DNA of 59,518 nt, counting the filler, from Nitrospinae bacterium RIFCSPLOWO2_12_FULL_45_22 (GTDB lineage: Bacteria; 2-12-FULL-45-22), in assembly GCA_001803565.1 (NCBI GenBank). It is 6 parts of 6 records of this genome, joined end to end, with 100 filler letters (N's around TTAATTAATTAA, not from the genome) between each part and the next. Parts side by side here need not be neighbours in the genome. Positions count along the whole stretch, not along the records: positions 47,470 to 59,518 come from MHDQ01000091.1; 5 more parts are not named here. One strand, 5' to 3'. Made by a program: the position numbers and the translations under genes. Below the pieces are notes generated by a model. That model worked only from the letters and a program-made list of their open reading frames with translations. It did no database searches and was not told the origin of the DNA. Positions 48,857-58,896 of this stretch are shown one piece after another. The stretch's first letter is position 1, and the number at the start of each line of letters is the position of its first letter.

Positions 48857-51800
48857 CGAACCCCAATCTTTTCAATTTCTCTTGCAGGTATTTCATAATG
48901 ACTTACCGGCTTTATCTCTTTTGCAGCATATTCAAGTTGATATGCTGGATTCTGGATGGTCACCATTTGATAGTCTGATTCTGTCGGATTCCAGACCACA
49001 TAGAGCCAGTAGGTATCTTTCAATTGCCGTGCCTTGAGCCATTCATTAATAGTAAGCCTTATCGGCTGACCCCGCCTCCTTCCCTTTACCTCTATCCTTT
49101 TGACCCCACGATAGCCGGTTGCCGAATCCGCCGGACTCAGGCTCCGAATATCAAAACCCAATTTGTAGGGCGAAACATCTTCTGGCTCCCAGCCCCTATT
49201 GCTTTCATATCCAATAACAATCTCCATAGCTGCCTTTTCACTCTTCTGCTTTTCTTCCTCGAATTCGATAAATTCAGAAAACCTAGACAACTCCCCGGGG
49301 GGTAAGACAAAAAAAGAGGCAATGTGACTTATTGGGCCACTACGGACAATGGAAAAACCTGCTATATCCTTGAGCTTCTCGGTCTTTGTCCGCCCCAAAT
49401 CCTCCAGTTCCTTCTCTAAATTTGAAGGTATGCTCACATCTTCACCTAATGCCAATCTAGCCTTTACCTCCATTATCCTTTTTTGCAGGGTATAGATTCG
49501 GGCGTCAAAGGATTTTTCCAAATACTCCTGGATGACCCTTGCCCGTTCCTGTCTTTCCTTGAGCATCTCCTGTCTTTTCTGAAGCTGATACCCCGCCATC
49601 AGAAAATCTTTAGCTTTATCAATATCAAACTCAGGCAACTGGTCAAAAGGCTGGGGATTTGGCGAAACATCGTGGAGGAGGTCAGGAGGTACCATTGATA
49701 ATTCGCCCTTGGCATTTTCTTTCAATGCTACCAGTTCTTTGTAGATTAGGGTATTATGGGGCTCACCGACAATGCCTAACTCGAGGAAATGGAGCCAATA
49801 CGGCTCTTGTGCATCAACATCAAGGAATGCTGACCATCTCCCATTGAAACCTTTGAGTTTATCAAACAATTTCTCATCAACTACCGCATAAAGGGAGTGT
49901 CCGGGGCTTAATAACACAGCATCAATATGAATATCCCTTTCCAGGTCCTCTTTATGAAAGGTGATCTTTCGGTATTCGTCAAGCGGCTTGCCAAACTTTT
50001 TGACCGCGGCCAATTGCTCAGAACGAAATGCCGAAGGGATGTATGGGAGCCGATATAAGCCATCAGCCCTCTTTTCAATTTTCAAGCCCACTTCCCTTGC
50101 GGCCGAAAGAAAGAATTTTTCTACATATTCAGGCATAAGTCTCTTTTCTTCGGCAAGATAGTTCGATCTCTGTAAACTTGGGAAGTCAACATACGCCTTA
50201 GCCAGGGCAATACCGGTCAGTTCCTCATACTGCCGCAGCTTATCAGGGTCAATACCTTCAATCTTATCCAGGTATTCTTCTAATCGGTGGGGATTGTAAG
50301 CGGCATCTCTCAATATTTCTGCCAGATCCACCTTGTTCAAAGCGAGGATCTCCCCGATGACATCATAAACCCGGTCTTTTCCTAAGACTGCTCTCATCCT
50401 TTCTAACTTATCAAGTAGCGTCCTCAGAACCTTTCCCTCAACAATCGGCTTGCCATTTATCGCCTCATCAGCAACAAAGTTGAAGGCATAGACATCCCTT
50501 GTTTGCCCGATCCGATGAATCCTTCCCAATCTCTGCTCCAGCCGGGTGGGATTCCAGGGGATGTCATAATTTATGATGAGATGACAGAATTGTAAGTTGA
50601 TCCCTTCACCGGCCGCTTCGGTGGCAACACAAATCTGGCTCGTGGTTCTAAAATCTTCCTGGGCCCTTTTTCTCTGATGAATATCCATTGCCCCATGAAT
50701 CTCACAGGTCAAGTATTGCCATTTTTCGATTTGATTCTTTATGTGAGTGAGGGTATCACGATGCTCGGTGAAGAGGAGGAGTTTGCCCCTGCCATCTCTA
50801 AGTTCAGAGAATTCTGCCCGCTTTAGGCAATCTTCCAGGGCCTTCAATTTTGTATCCGAGGACTGTTCGTAAATCCGTTTTGCCTGTTCCACGAGGTCTT
50901 TGAGGTTAGAAATCTCCTCTTTAAGCTGGTCAATTTCCAGAGAGGTGGTAAACTCATCCAGCAGTCGGTCTTCCTCCTGTTCATCCAGATCTCCTTCATC
51001 TAGCTCTTCATCAACCAATTTCCCCCGCATCCTCTCCAACCGCTTTCGACGGTCAGCCGGGGATAAGCTTTCGAGTTCGTCCAACATTTCTTTCTGTTTT
51101 TGAAGTCTTCTCTTGAGGGTCTCAAAGATGGCAAAGGTAGAACTGGCGAGACGTCGCTGGAAGACGGTTCGGGTAAGGGCAATGCTCTGTCGTTCCTTAC
51201 CGGTTCCTTTAATGACCAGAAACCGGTTTAGATAATTGGTTACCGCCTCATATAACTCATACTCTTCTATGCTCAATTTGAATGGAACGGTAACAGAATG
51301 CCTTTCGGTGAAGAGACGTTTTCCATTGATATCACAAAGATTTTCTTTAAGTCTTCTCAAAATCCAGGGATTATCCTTGTCCTGAAATACAAACTTTCGG
51401 ACAGCGCTCGATTCCTCTTGAAATTTGTGGGGCTCAGGAAAGAGATCAGGGTCAATGAGCCTCAGGAAATGGCTGAAGCGGTCGTCATCACCATGATGGG
51501 GAGTAGCAGTTAGTAAAAGCAGATGATTGGGGCTGAGGGCAAGTTGTTCGGCTAATATATAACGCTTGGTCTTCTCTGCTTCTGGTGAACGATTGCTTCT
51601 TCGCCTGGTATAAGCCGAGCATTTATGGGCCTCGTCGATTATGACCATATCCCATTTTTGTAACCATACCCTTTCCCGGACATCCTCTTGCTTTGCGTAG
51701 TCTAGCGAAGTAATAATCTGATTCTCTTTTTGCCAGATACTGATAGCCTGCTGTCGGTCCAATTCACTGCCCACGATCATGAAAAATTCATTGAAAAATC

Positions 51801-52305
51801 TCAAGAGTTCATCTTGCCATTGAATAGTGAGGGCTGCTGGAACCAGAATCAGGATCTTTTCTATGGCATATCTCAGCTTCATCTCTTTCACTAACAAACC
51901 AGCCATTATCGTTTTGCCGGCACCAGGGTCATCAGCCAGAAGGAAACGTAGTCTGGGCTGGGGGAGCATTTTCTCATAAACCGCCTCAATCTGATGGGGT
52001 AGGGTTCTGATACCAGAAAGGCTTACAGCAAAATAAGGGTCATAAGAGAAGGCATAGCGAATGCGGTGGGATTCTACCAATAGGGAAAGAAGCTCAGCAT
52101 CTACTGGTCTATTACTCTCCTCGGAAACGACCTTAAGTTCCTGAATTTCCCGGCTAGTCAATACAATTTCGTCCAGATAGCCATCGGATTTCCTGATCCT
52201 CAGTTTGTAATGGTCTCCTACCGGACGAACACTTTCTACTCGAACCGGGTCGGAAAAGTAGGTTGGGAGATTAACCAGTCTGTCTATAATATGTTCGTAG
52301 CTCAT
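48853..52305 (-). CDS. SNF2-family helicase with C-terminal DUF3883 nuclease-like domain
   Basis: LPHQ, LLADDPGAGKT, DEAH, LLTATPH, EAAGEGINLQ, PWNPTRLEQRLGRIHRIGQ; C-terminal GFDIRS...IEVKGR...LT.NEW. Confidence 0.92.
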   Translation of the reverse strand: MSYEHIIDRLVNLPTYFSDPVRVESVRPVGDHYKLRIRKSDGYLDEIVLTSREIQELKVVSEESNRPVDAELLSLLVESHRIRYAFSYDPYFAVSLSGIRTLPHQIEAVYEKMLPQPRLRFLLADDPGAGKTIMAGLLVKEMKLRYAIEKILILVPAALTIQWQDELLRFFNEFFMIVGSELDRQQAISIWQKENQIITSLDYAKQEDVRERVWLQKWDMVIIDEAHKCSAYTRRRSNRSPEAEKTKRYILAEQLALSPNHLLLLTATPHHGDDDRFSHFLRLIDPDLFPEPHKFQEESSAVRKFVFQDKDNPWILRRLKENLCDINGKRLFTERHSVTVPFKLSIEEYELYEAVTNYLNRFLVIKGTGKERQSIALTRTVFQRRLASSTFAIFETLKRRLQKQKEMLDELESLSPADRRKRLERMRGKLVDEELDEGDLDEQEEDRLLDEFTTSLEIDQLKEEISNLKDLVEQAKRIYEQSSDTKLKALEDCLKRAEFSELRDGRGKLLLFTEHRDTLTHIKNQIEKWQYLTCEIHGAMDIHQRKRAQEDFRTTSQICVATEAAGEGINLQFCHLIINYDIPWNPTRLEQRLGRIHRIGQTRDVYAFNFVADEAINGKPIVEGKVLRTLLDKLERMRAVLGKDRVYDVIGEILALNKVDLAEILRDAAYNPHRLEEYLDKIEGIDPDKLRQYEELTGIALAKAYVDFPSLQRSNYLAEEKRLMPEYVEKFFLSAAREVGLKIEKRADGLYRLPYIPSAFRSEQLAAVKKFGKPLDEYRKITFHKEDLERDIHIDAVLLSPGHSLYAVVDEKLFDKLKGFNGRWSAFLDVDAQEPYWLHFLELGIVGEPHNTLIYKELVALKENAKGELSMVPPDLLHDVSPNPQPFDQLPEFDIDKAKDFLMAGYQLQKRQEMLKERQERARVIQEYLEKSFDARIYTLQKRIMEVKARLALGEDVSIPSNLEKELEDLGRTKTEKLKDIAGFSIVRSGPISHIASFFVLPPGELSRFSEFIEFEEEKQKSEKAAMEIVIGYESNRGWEPEDVSPYKLGFDIRSLSPADSATGYRGVKRIEVKGRRRGQPIRLTINEWLKARQLKDTYWLYVVWNPTESDYQMVTIQNPAYQLEYAAKEIKPVSHYEIPAREIEKIGVR

Positions 52306-52485
52306 ATCCTTATGATAACTTCGGCCTACCAATGAGTTACAATTTCCTTCATGTGCCTATGTATTTTATCAGCCTTTCTCAGCCCTCGAAGGAGACTCCG
52401 CTACATAATTCTTCTGTATCCTTTGAATTTATGGATGAACTTAGGTAAAATAACAAACTAAATAATAACATAGTAAGGAGGCAAG

Positions 52486-53948
52486 ATGAAAGGAGGAGCC
52501 AGGGNNNNNNNNNNNNNNNNNGAGCCGCTTTTGAGGCCGATAAACCAGCAATCATAAACTACCCGTCTACCCAACCCGGCCCAATCCCCACTACTGCCCC
52601 TTTCTCTAGCCAGCAGGAATGGCTGGGGATATATTTTAAAGGGACTAAGATAGGCTATGCCTCCCGGAGTCTAAAGAAGATACCTCAGGGTTATTATTTG
52701 AAAGAGGTGGCGGAGCTAAAGATGAAGCTCATGGAAGCCCCCAGGCAGGTAAGCCTGGTTACTGCCGCAGAAGTAGACCCACAATTCTCCCTCAAGAGTT
52801 TTCAATTTAAAATGACCTCGCAGGATATTGAGCTGGCGGTTGAAGGTAGGGTAAGGGATAAGACTATGGAGTTATCCATTATCAGCGGCAAAGAAGTTAG
52901 GCACCAACAACTATTACTGGATCAGGTGCCCCAACTCCCGGTAAACCTGCCCTGGTACCTGGCCAGGAAAGAGATAAAAGTAGGCAATAGTTATCAATTA
53001 ACCTTTTTTGACCCTTCTACCTTAAGTAACGATACCCTGACCATAAAGGTCCTCCAGAAAGAGCAAATAGAGATCTCTGGTAAAAAAGTAGAGTCATATA
53101 AAATAGAAGAATCTTTTAAGGGCGTAGTACACCATGCCTGGATAAGCCGCGGGGGCCAGCTCTTGAAGGAAGAAGCCCCTATGGGAATAACCTTGATCCA
53201 GGAGACAAAAGAGCAGGCCTTAGAAGCCTTGCCAGAAGAAGGGGCCCAGGTAGATCTGATTTATGCCACTGCTATAGAGGTAAAGACAAAACTCCCCCAG
53301 CCCCATCTACTTAAATATCTCAAGCTCAAACTAGCTAATGCCTCTCTCGATAATCTGCCTATATCTTCTGGCCGACAGAAGCTCCAGGGCAATATCTTAG
53401 AGATTCAGGTAGAAGACTTACAAGAATTTGCCCCTACTAAACTGTCCCTTTTGGCCGGGGAGAATGGTCGGCTCCAAAAATTATTAGAATCCAGCCCCTT
53501 AGTGCAATCTAACCACCCTAAGATACAGCAGTTAGCCCGTTCGGTCATTGCCGGGGAAGATAATGCATTAAAGGCTATCCAGCGTATATCGCAGTGGGTT
53601 TATAGCAACATAGAGAAGAAACCTACGGTGAGTATCCCCAGCGCCCTGGAGGTGTTAAACTCTCGGGTAGGGGATTGTAACGAGCATACCGTCCTGTTTA
53701 CAGCATTGGCCAGGGCTGGCCAGATACCTACCAGGATGATAGCTGGCCTCTTATATAATGATAATAGATTTTTTTATCATGCCTGGGCAGAGTGCTATGT
53801 CGGGGCATGGGTAGCTATTGATCCCCTCATGAACCAGATCCCGGCCGATGCTACCCATGTAAAATTGGTAGAGGGGGATCTAAGCGAACAGGTAAGCCTA
53901 TTGAAGATTATCGGCCAACTCCAAATAGAAATCCTTGCCTATCACTAA
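52486..53948 (+). CDS. Transglutaminase-like domain protein (start upstream of the ORF-track call, across a small gap)
   Basis: Frame open from 52524 (WLGIYFKGTKIGY); GDCNEH, YHAWAE, AIDP Cys-His-Asp triad; AAGGAGG RBS before ATG 52486. Confidence 0.8.
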
Positions 53949-54014
53949 GCGAGTTTCCTATCTGATCAGTCCCAGCATTATTGTAGCGTCCAGCTTTCAA
54001 CTAAATAAAACAAT

Positions 54015-54090
54015 CGTGAGGCGTGAAAAATCCGTAAGTCGTAAGGGGTAAGGCGTGAGGAGAAATTCTTTTTACCCCTTACGCCTAACG
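54015..54090. repeat. Heptamer-period inverted-repeat hairpin between convergent genes
   Basis: CGTAAGT CGTAAGG GGTAAGG CGTGAGG ... TTACCCC TTACGCC TAACG. Confidence 0.6.
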
Positions 54091-54124
54091 ATTGCTTTAT
54101 TTAGCTGACGGCTGAACCCTTACA

Positions 54125-54955
54125 TTATTTGGTCATGGCAAGGAAGTTGTGAATTTTAAGGGCTACCTCCTCAGGCTCGTCTTCTTGCAGGAAATGGCCA
54201 GCATTGGCTATGGTATCAACTATTACCGGGCCGCCTAAGTCTTTCTGTAACCTCTGGGCTGCTTCAAAGGGTAAGAAGCGGTCTTTCAAAGCCCAGAGGA
54301 CCAGTGTAGGCACCTTGATCTTCTTCAGGTCCAGCCTCAACAACTCTTCATTACAGGGTATAGCGCAGTGATGGATCAGGGATTTAAAGCCCTCAAAAGA
54401 CTTAAAGGGTTCCATATGCTTCTGCATGATAGGGATATTCAGGCTGGTCTCGTGGGCCACGGCAAACTGCAATAGGGCAGAGAAGAACCCAATAACAAAC
54501 GGCTGGAACATCTTCAGGGTATCATCGGGGAAATTTACCAGGGTCCCCATCGCCCGCACCACATCTGGTAGGCAATAATCATAACAACAGCCATTCATAA
54601 AGATATAGTGGGAGACCTTATCCGGGTTATTACAGACCATAATCTGCGTAACTCCACCACCATGATCATGCCCGGCCAGGGCTACTTTTCCTACACCCAG
54701 GGTATCAATAAACCTGGCTAACCGCTCGGCTTGAGCATTCCAGGTATACAGGGATGCCTCCGGCGGTTTATCGGACTGGCCATAGCCCAGCATATCTATA
54801 GCATAGACCTGATATTTGTCGCCCAGACAATCCTGCACCTTACGCCAGAGATAAGAGGACATAGGCAAGCCATGGACCAGGACTATAGGATGACCTTTAT
54901 TACCCTTTTTTACGTAGTGATAATTAAAACCATTGATCTTAACAAAATCTCCCAT
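54125..54955 (-). CDS. Alpha/beta hydrolase with Asp nucleophile (epoxide hydrolase/dehalogenase-like)
   Basis: LVHG.P.SSYLW, DMLGYGQSD, GHDHGGG, GHFLQED. Confidence 0.85.
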   Translation of the reverse strand: MGDFVKINGFNYHYVKKGNKGHPIVLVHGLPMSSYLWRKVQDCLGDKYQVYAIDMLGYGQSDKPPEASLYTWNAQAERLARFIDTLGVGKVALAGHDHGGGVTQIMVCNNPDKVSHYIFMNGCCYDYCLPDVVRAMGTLVNFPDDTLKMFQPFVIGFFSALLQFAVAHETSLNIPIMQKHMEPFKSFEGFKSLIHHCAIPCNEELLRLDLKKIKVPTLVLWALKDRFLPFEAAQRLQKDLGGPVIVDTIANAGHFLQEDEPEEVALKIHNFLAMTK

Positions 54956-55084
54956 TATTGCTCCCTCCCTTTATTAGTAGTTAGCAGTGGGCGGTAAACA
55001 GCTAGTCGGCTTACGGCTCACCTATTTTTATCCTCATAATCTGCGTTCATCTGCGTCCAAAACGGAAAATCCTATGCTATGAAC

Positions 55085-56203
55085 TTAAAGACCCATCTCC
55101 TGAGCAACTATCTCTCTATGGCGGTAAGCATCACCAAGCATAAGCTCCCAGGCCTTGGCATGTTTATAATATAGATAGAGGTCATGTTCCTCAGTAAAGC
55201 CAATAGCACCATGAACCTGATGAGCAACACTGGTAACCTTCTTGAAGGCATCACTGCACCAGCTCTTAGCTATTGCTACTTCTTTTTTGCATGGTAGGTC
55301 TTCACTAACCAGCCAGGCTGCCTGATAAGTCAGATGCCGACACCCCTCTACCTCGGTAAGCATATCAGCAAGATAGTGCTGGATAGCCTGGAAGCTACCA
55401 ATCGGGCGACCGAACTGATGTCTTTCTTTGGCATACTGGACAGTCATATCCAGTACCTGCTGGGCACCACCAACCATCTCCGCACACCTGGCTACTACGA
55501 TCTTTGGCCAGACCTTTTCTATATAAGTCCAGCCGCTGCCTATTTCTCCTAATATATGCCCCGAAGGCACCATCACATTATCAAAAATTATTTCACTCTG
55601 CTTATCCCCGGCAATGGTTAAAAGCGGTGTGAGCGTAACGCCACTACTCCTGGTATCTACCAGGAACAAGGTACTCCCTCCATTGGCTGCCCGGGCAACA
55701 CAGATGACATATTGCGCTATATGGGCGTCCGGGACAAACAATTTTGTCCCATTAATGATATAATCGCCTCCCTTTAGCACGGCCTCGGTCTTGATCCCTT
55801 CCTGGCTATAGTGGCCATCCGACTCGGTCAGACCCAGAGTTACTATGAGGCTTCCTGCGGCTATGGCGGGCAAGAGTTTTTGTTTATTCTTTTCATCCCC
55901 AGACGCCATGATAGTAAGCGCCCCTAAAACTACAGTAGAGAAGAAGGGTGCAGGGAGAAGGGCCCTACCCATCTCTTCCAGGAGAAGGGCCAGGTCTAAA
56001 AAACTCCCGCCAATACCGTCATAGCTGGGGTCTAACACCAGGCCCATCCAGCCCAGCTCTGCCATCTTCCGCCACAGTTGAGGAGAGTAGCCCAGCTCAT
56101 CTCTCGCCATCTCTTTTACCAGGGACTTAGGACATTCCTTCTCAAAAAAATCCCGGCCAGTATTTTTCAGTATCTTCTGCTCCTCACTCAGACTAAAATC
56201 CAT
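55085..56203 (-). CDS. Acyl-CoA dehydrogenase family protein
   Basis: WRKMAELGW, EEMGRAL, INGTKLFV, YAKERHQFGRPIGSFQAIQH, HQVHGAIGFT.EHDL. Confidence 0.92.
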   Translation of the reverse strand: MDFSLSEEQKILKNTGRDFFEKECPKSLVKEMARDELGYSPQLWRKMAELGWMGLVLDPSYDGIGGSFLDLALLLEEMGRALLPAPFFSTVVLGALTIMASGDEKNKQKLLPAIAAGSLIVTLGLTESDGHYSQEGIKTEAVLKGGDYIINGTKLFVPDAHIAQYVICVARAANGGSTLFLVDTRSSGVTLTPLLTIAGDKQSEIIFDNVMVPSGHILGEIGSGWTYIEKVWPKIVVARCAEMVGGAQQVLDMTVQYAKERHQFGRPIGSFQAIQHYLADMLTEVEGCRHLTYQAAWLVSEDLPCKKEVAIAKSWCSDAFKKVTSVAHQVHGAIGFTEEHDLYLYYKHAKAWELMLGDAYRHREIVAQEMGL

Positions 56204-56369
56204 AACCTCTCTCCTTTCCTGGCCCAAGGTTCGCTGCTAACTATGCCCTTGCAAGGGTGTAAACCCGCAAATTATTTTATCCAGAATCCCTAAAATTTAT
56301 TCACAATAATCCAGCCTTGTGATATAAGAAACAGCCAATTTAATCTGATAGCTCCCTTATAAGCAGAAA

Positions 56370-56600
56370 AGCCCTTGAAGACTGCTCGGGATTAGATGGG
56401 CTAATCCTCTACAGAATGTCTTCAAGGGCCCCATCTACCCAAGAATGATCGTATACGTTTTTGGTATCTCTGTCAAGGATTATGCTGAGCGGGGAAAATA
56501 TAACCACTTTCCCAGGATAGAACTCTGCCCTAACTGCCGAAGAGGGAGTAAGGTCATTGGGCATGGCTTTTATAGCCGATGGTGGGGGCCAATGGTAGTT
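56370..56600 (+). mobile_element. Remnant of a DUF6431-type (transposase-associated) element
   Basis: GCCCTTGAAGAC...GTCTTCAAGGGC hairpin, then MIV...CPNC......GHGFYSRW that degenerates after about 46 codons. Confidence 0.5.
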
Positions 56601-56615
56601 TTGTCCCACCCCAAT

Positions 56616-56644
56616 TTGACAACCCCAGTATTACTCTCTATACT
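56616..56644 (+). promoter_or_regulatory. Near-consensus sigma70 promoter upstream of hemB
   Basis: TTGACA-17 nt-TATACT. Confidence 0.65.
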
Positions 56645-56772
56645 TTTGTAACTGTTTAGCCAAAATTAGGATTTTAGCCACGGATAAACACGGAAAGTGT
56701 AAAGCTTACTCTTCACTCCTTACGACTTTCGTTTCTTTGCGGCTATACTTGAATAGTTAAAAAGGGAAGGGC

Positions 56773-57747
56773 ATGTATTATCCAATTTATCGCCCCCGAA
56801 GGCTTCGACGAACCGAGGGGTTTCGCCGGATGATCCGGGAGACCATACTCCATATTGAGGAGCTTATATACCCTATCTTTGTGACTTATGGCCGGGATAA
56901 GCGGGAAGAGATCTCTGCTATGCCAGGCTGTTATCGGTTTTCTATTGATAATATCACCAAGGAGGTAAGAGAAGCAGCGGAGCTAGGTATCCCCGCTATT
57001 ATCCTCTTCGGTATACCGGATAAGAAAGACGAGATAGGCTCTGAGGCATATAACCCTAAAGGTGTAGTCCAGGAAGCTATCAGGGCCATTAAAACCGAAA
57101 TACCTAAAATAGTAGTGATAACCGATGTTTGTATTGATGAGTATACCTCCCATGGCCATTGTGGCGTAGTGAGAGATGGCGAGATTGATAATGATGCTAC
57201 CCTGGAATTGTTAGCCCAGATGGCTTTATCCCATGCCCAGGCTGGTGCCGATATAGTAGCCCCATCAGATATGATGGATGGTCGGGTTAAGGCGATAAGG
57301 AAGGTATTGGACGAGCATGGGTTCCAGCATACCCCTATTATGTCCTATGCAGCTAAATATGCCTCCAGCTTCTATGGCCCTTTCCGGGAGGCAGCCGATT
57401 CTATCCCCAAGTTTGGCGACCGAAAATCTTATCAGATGGATATAGCCAATAGCCGAGAAGCTATGCGGGAGATAAGATTGGATATTGAAGAAGGGGCTGA
57501 CATAATCATGGTTAAGCCCGCCTTACCCTATCTGGATATTATCTGGCAAGCCCGCCAAAAATTTGATCTGCCTATAGCGGCTTATAATGTCAGTGGTGAA
57601 TATGCCATGATAAAAGCCGCTGCGAGTCAAGGCTGGCTTGACGAAGAAAGGGTCATCCTAGAGTCACTGACCTGTATCAAACGGGCCGGGGCCGATTTAA
57701 TCCTAACCTATTTTGCTAAAGATGTAGCTCGCCTCTTGAGGAAATAA
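56773..57747 (+). CDS. hemB: Porphobilinogen synthase
   Basis: [53 protein letters not shown]. Confidence 0.97.
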   Translation: MYYPIYRPRRLRRTEGFRRMIRETILHIEELIYPIFVTYGRDKREEISAMPGCYRFSIDNITKEVREAAELGIPAIILFGIPDKKDEIGSEAYNPKGVVQEAIRAIKTEIPKIVVITDVCIDEYTSHGHCGVVRDGEIDNDATLELLAQMALSHAQAGADIVAPSDMMDGRVKAIRKVLDEHGFQHTPIMSYAAKYASSFYGPFREAADSIPKFGDRKSYQMDIANSREAMREIRLDIEEGADIIMVKPALPYLDIIWQARQKFDLPIAAYNVSGEYAMIKAAASQGWLDEERVILESLTCIKRAGADLILTYFAKDVARLLRK

Positions 57748-57749
57748 GG

Positions 57750-58838
57750 ATGGTTGAGAACTATATCCCCCGGCTGATAGCCTGGGAAGTGACCCGTACC
57801 TGCAACCTTGCTTGTATACATTGCCGGGCCTCTGCCGCGCATGGCCCCTATCCTGGTGAATTGAGCACCCAGGAATGCCTGGATCTAATTGATGATATTA
57901 CCTCTTTCAGCTCCCCTATCCTGATCTTGACCGGGGGTGATCCTTTGCTGCGGCCAGATATTTTTGATATTGCCCGCTACGGGAGCAGCAAGGGCCTGCG
58001 GGTAGTCCTCTCGACAAATGGGACCAATATCACCGCCGAGAATGCCCGAGCGATGCAAGAGGCTGGTATCAAAAGGATCAGTATCAGCCTGGATGGAGCT
58101 ACTGAAGAGAGCCATGATAGATTTCGCCAGGTGCCAGGCGCCTTCAAGGGGGCATTGAGGGGTATCGAGCTAGCTAAAGAAGCGGGACTGGAACTCCAGA
58201 TAAATACTACTATTACCAAACAAAACCTGGCCGAGATAGAGGCTATTCAGGAACTGGCAGTGACTTTAGGAGCTGCCAGCCACCACATCTTCCTCTTGGT
58301 ACCCACGGGTAGGGGCAAAGACCTGGCCGGGAAAGCCCTTTCGGCTGATGATTATGAACGGACTTTAAATTGGTTCTATGATCAGAGGGATAAGGTCTCC
58401 TTACATTTAAAGGCTACTTGCGCACCTCATTACTACCGCATATTAAGGCAAAGGGCAAAAGGAGAGGGGCGCCCCTTTAATCCTGATACCTTTGGCATGG
58501 ATGCCCTGACTAAAGGGTGTCTGGGTGGGCAATCTTTCTCTTTTATCTCCCATATCGGGGAAGTACAGATCTGTGGCTATCTGGATGTCAAATGTGGTGA
58601 TATAAAAAGAGAGACCTTTCAGAATATCTGGCATAACTCGTCTACCTTTAAAGCCATGCGGGATGTAGATAATTACCATGGCCGCTGTGGCTACTGCGAG
58701 TATCGGCGGGTATGTGGCGGGTGTAGGGCCCGGGCATACGAATTTAGTGGTGATTATTTAGGGGAGGAACCCCTTTGTTCCTATCAGCCCCACAGGAAGC
58801 TAAGAGTGCAAAGCGTAACGTGTAAAGCTGAGGAATAA
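57750..58838 (+). CDS. ahbD: AdoMet-dependent heme b synthase (radical SAM/SPASM)
   Basis: RLIAWEVTRTCNLACIHCRA, LVPTGRG, KATCAPHYYRI, GCLGG, CGYCEY..VCGGCRARA; next to hemB. Confidence 0.85.
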   Translation: MVENYIPRLIAWEVTRTCNLACIHCRASAAHGPYPGELSTQECLDLIDDITSFSSPILILTGGDPLLRPDIFDIARYGSSKGLRVVLSTNGTNITAENARAMQEAGIKRISISLDGATEESHDRFRQVPGAFKGALRGIELAKEAGLELQINTTITKQNLAEIEAIQELAVTLGAASHHIFLLVPTGRGKDLAGKALSADDYERTLNWFYDQRDKVSLHLKATCAPHYYRILRQRAKGEGRPFNPDTFGMDALTKGCLGGQSFSFISHIGEVQICGYLDVKCGDIKRETFQNIWHNSSTFKAMRDVDNYHGRCGYCEYRRVCGGCRARAYEFSGDYLGEEPLCSYQPHRKLRVQSVTCKAEE

Positions 58839-58881
58839 TTCCCTGGTCTTGCGCTTTTCGCTTTAAGCTTTGCGTTTCACT
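58806..58881. repeat. Heptamer-period inverted-repeat hairpin overlapping the ahbD 3' end
   Basis: GTGCAAA GCGTAAC GTGTAAA GC ... GCTTTTC GCTTTAA GCTTTGC GTTTCAC. Confidence 0.55.
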
Positions 58882-58896
58882 CTGAGGGGATTAGCC

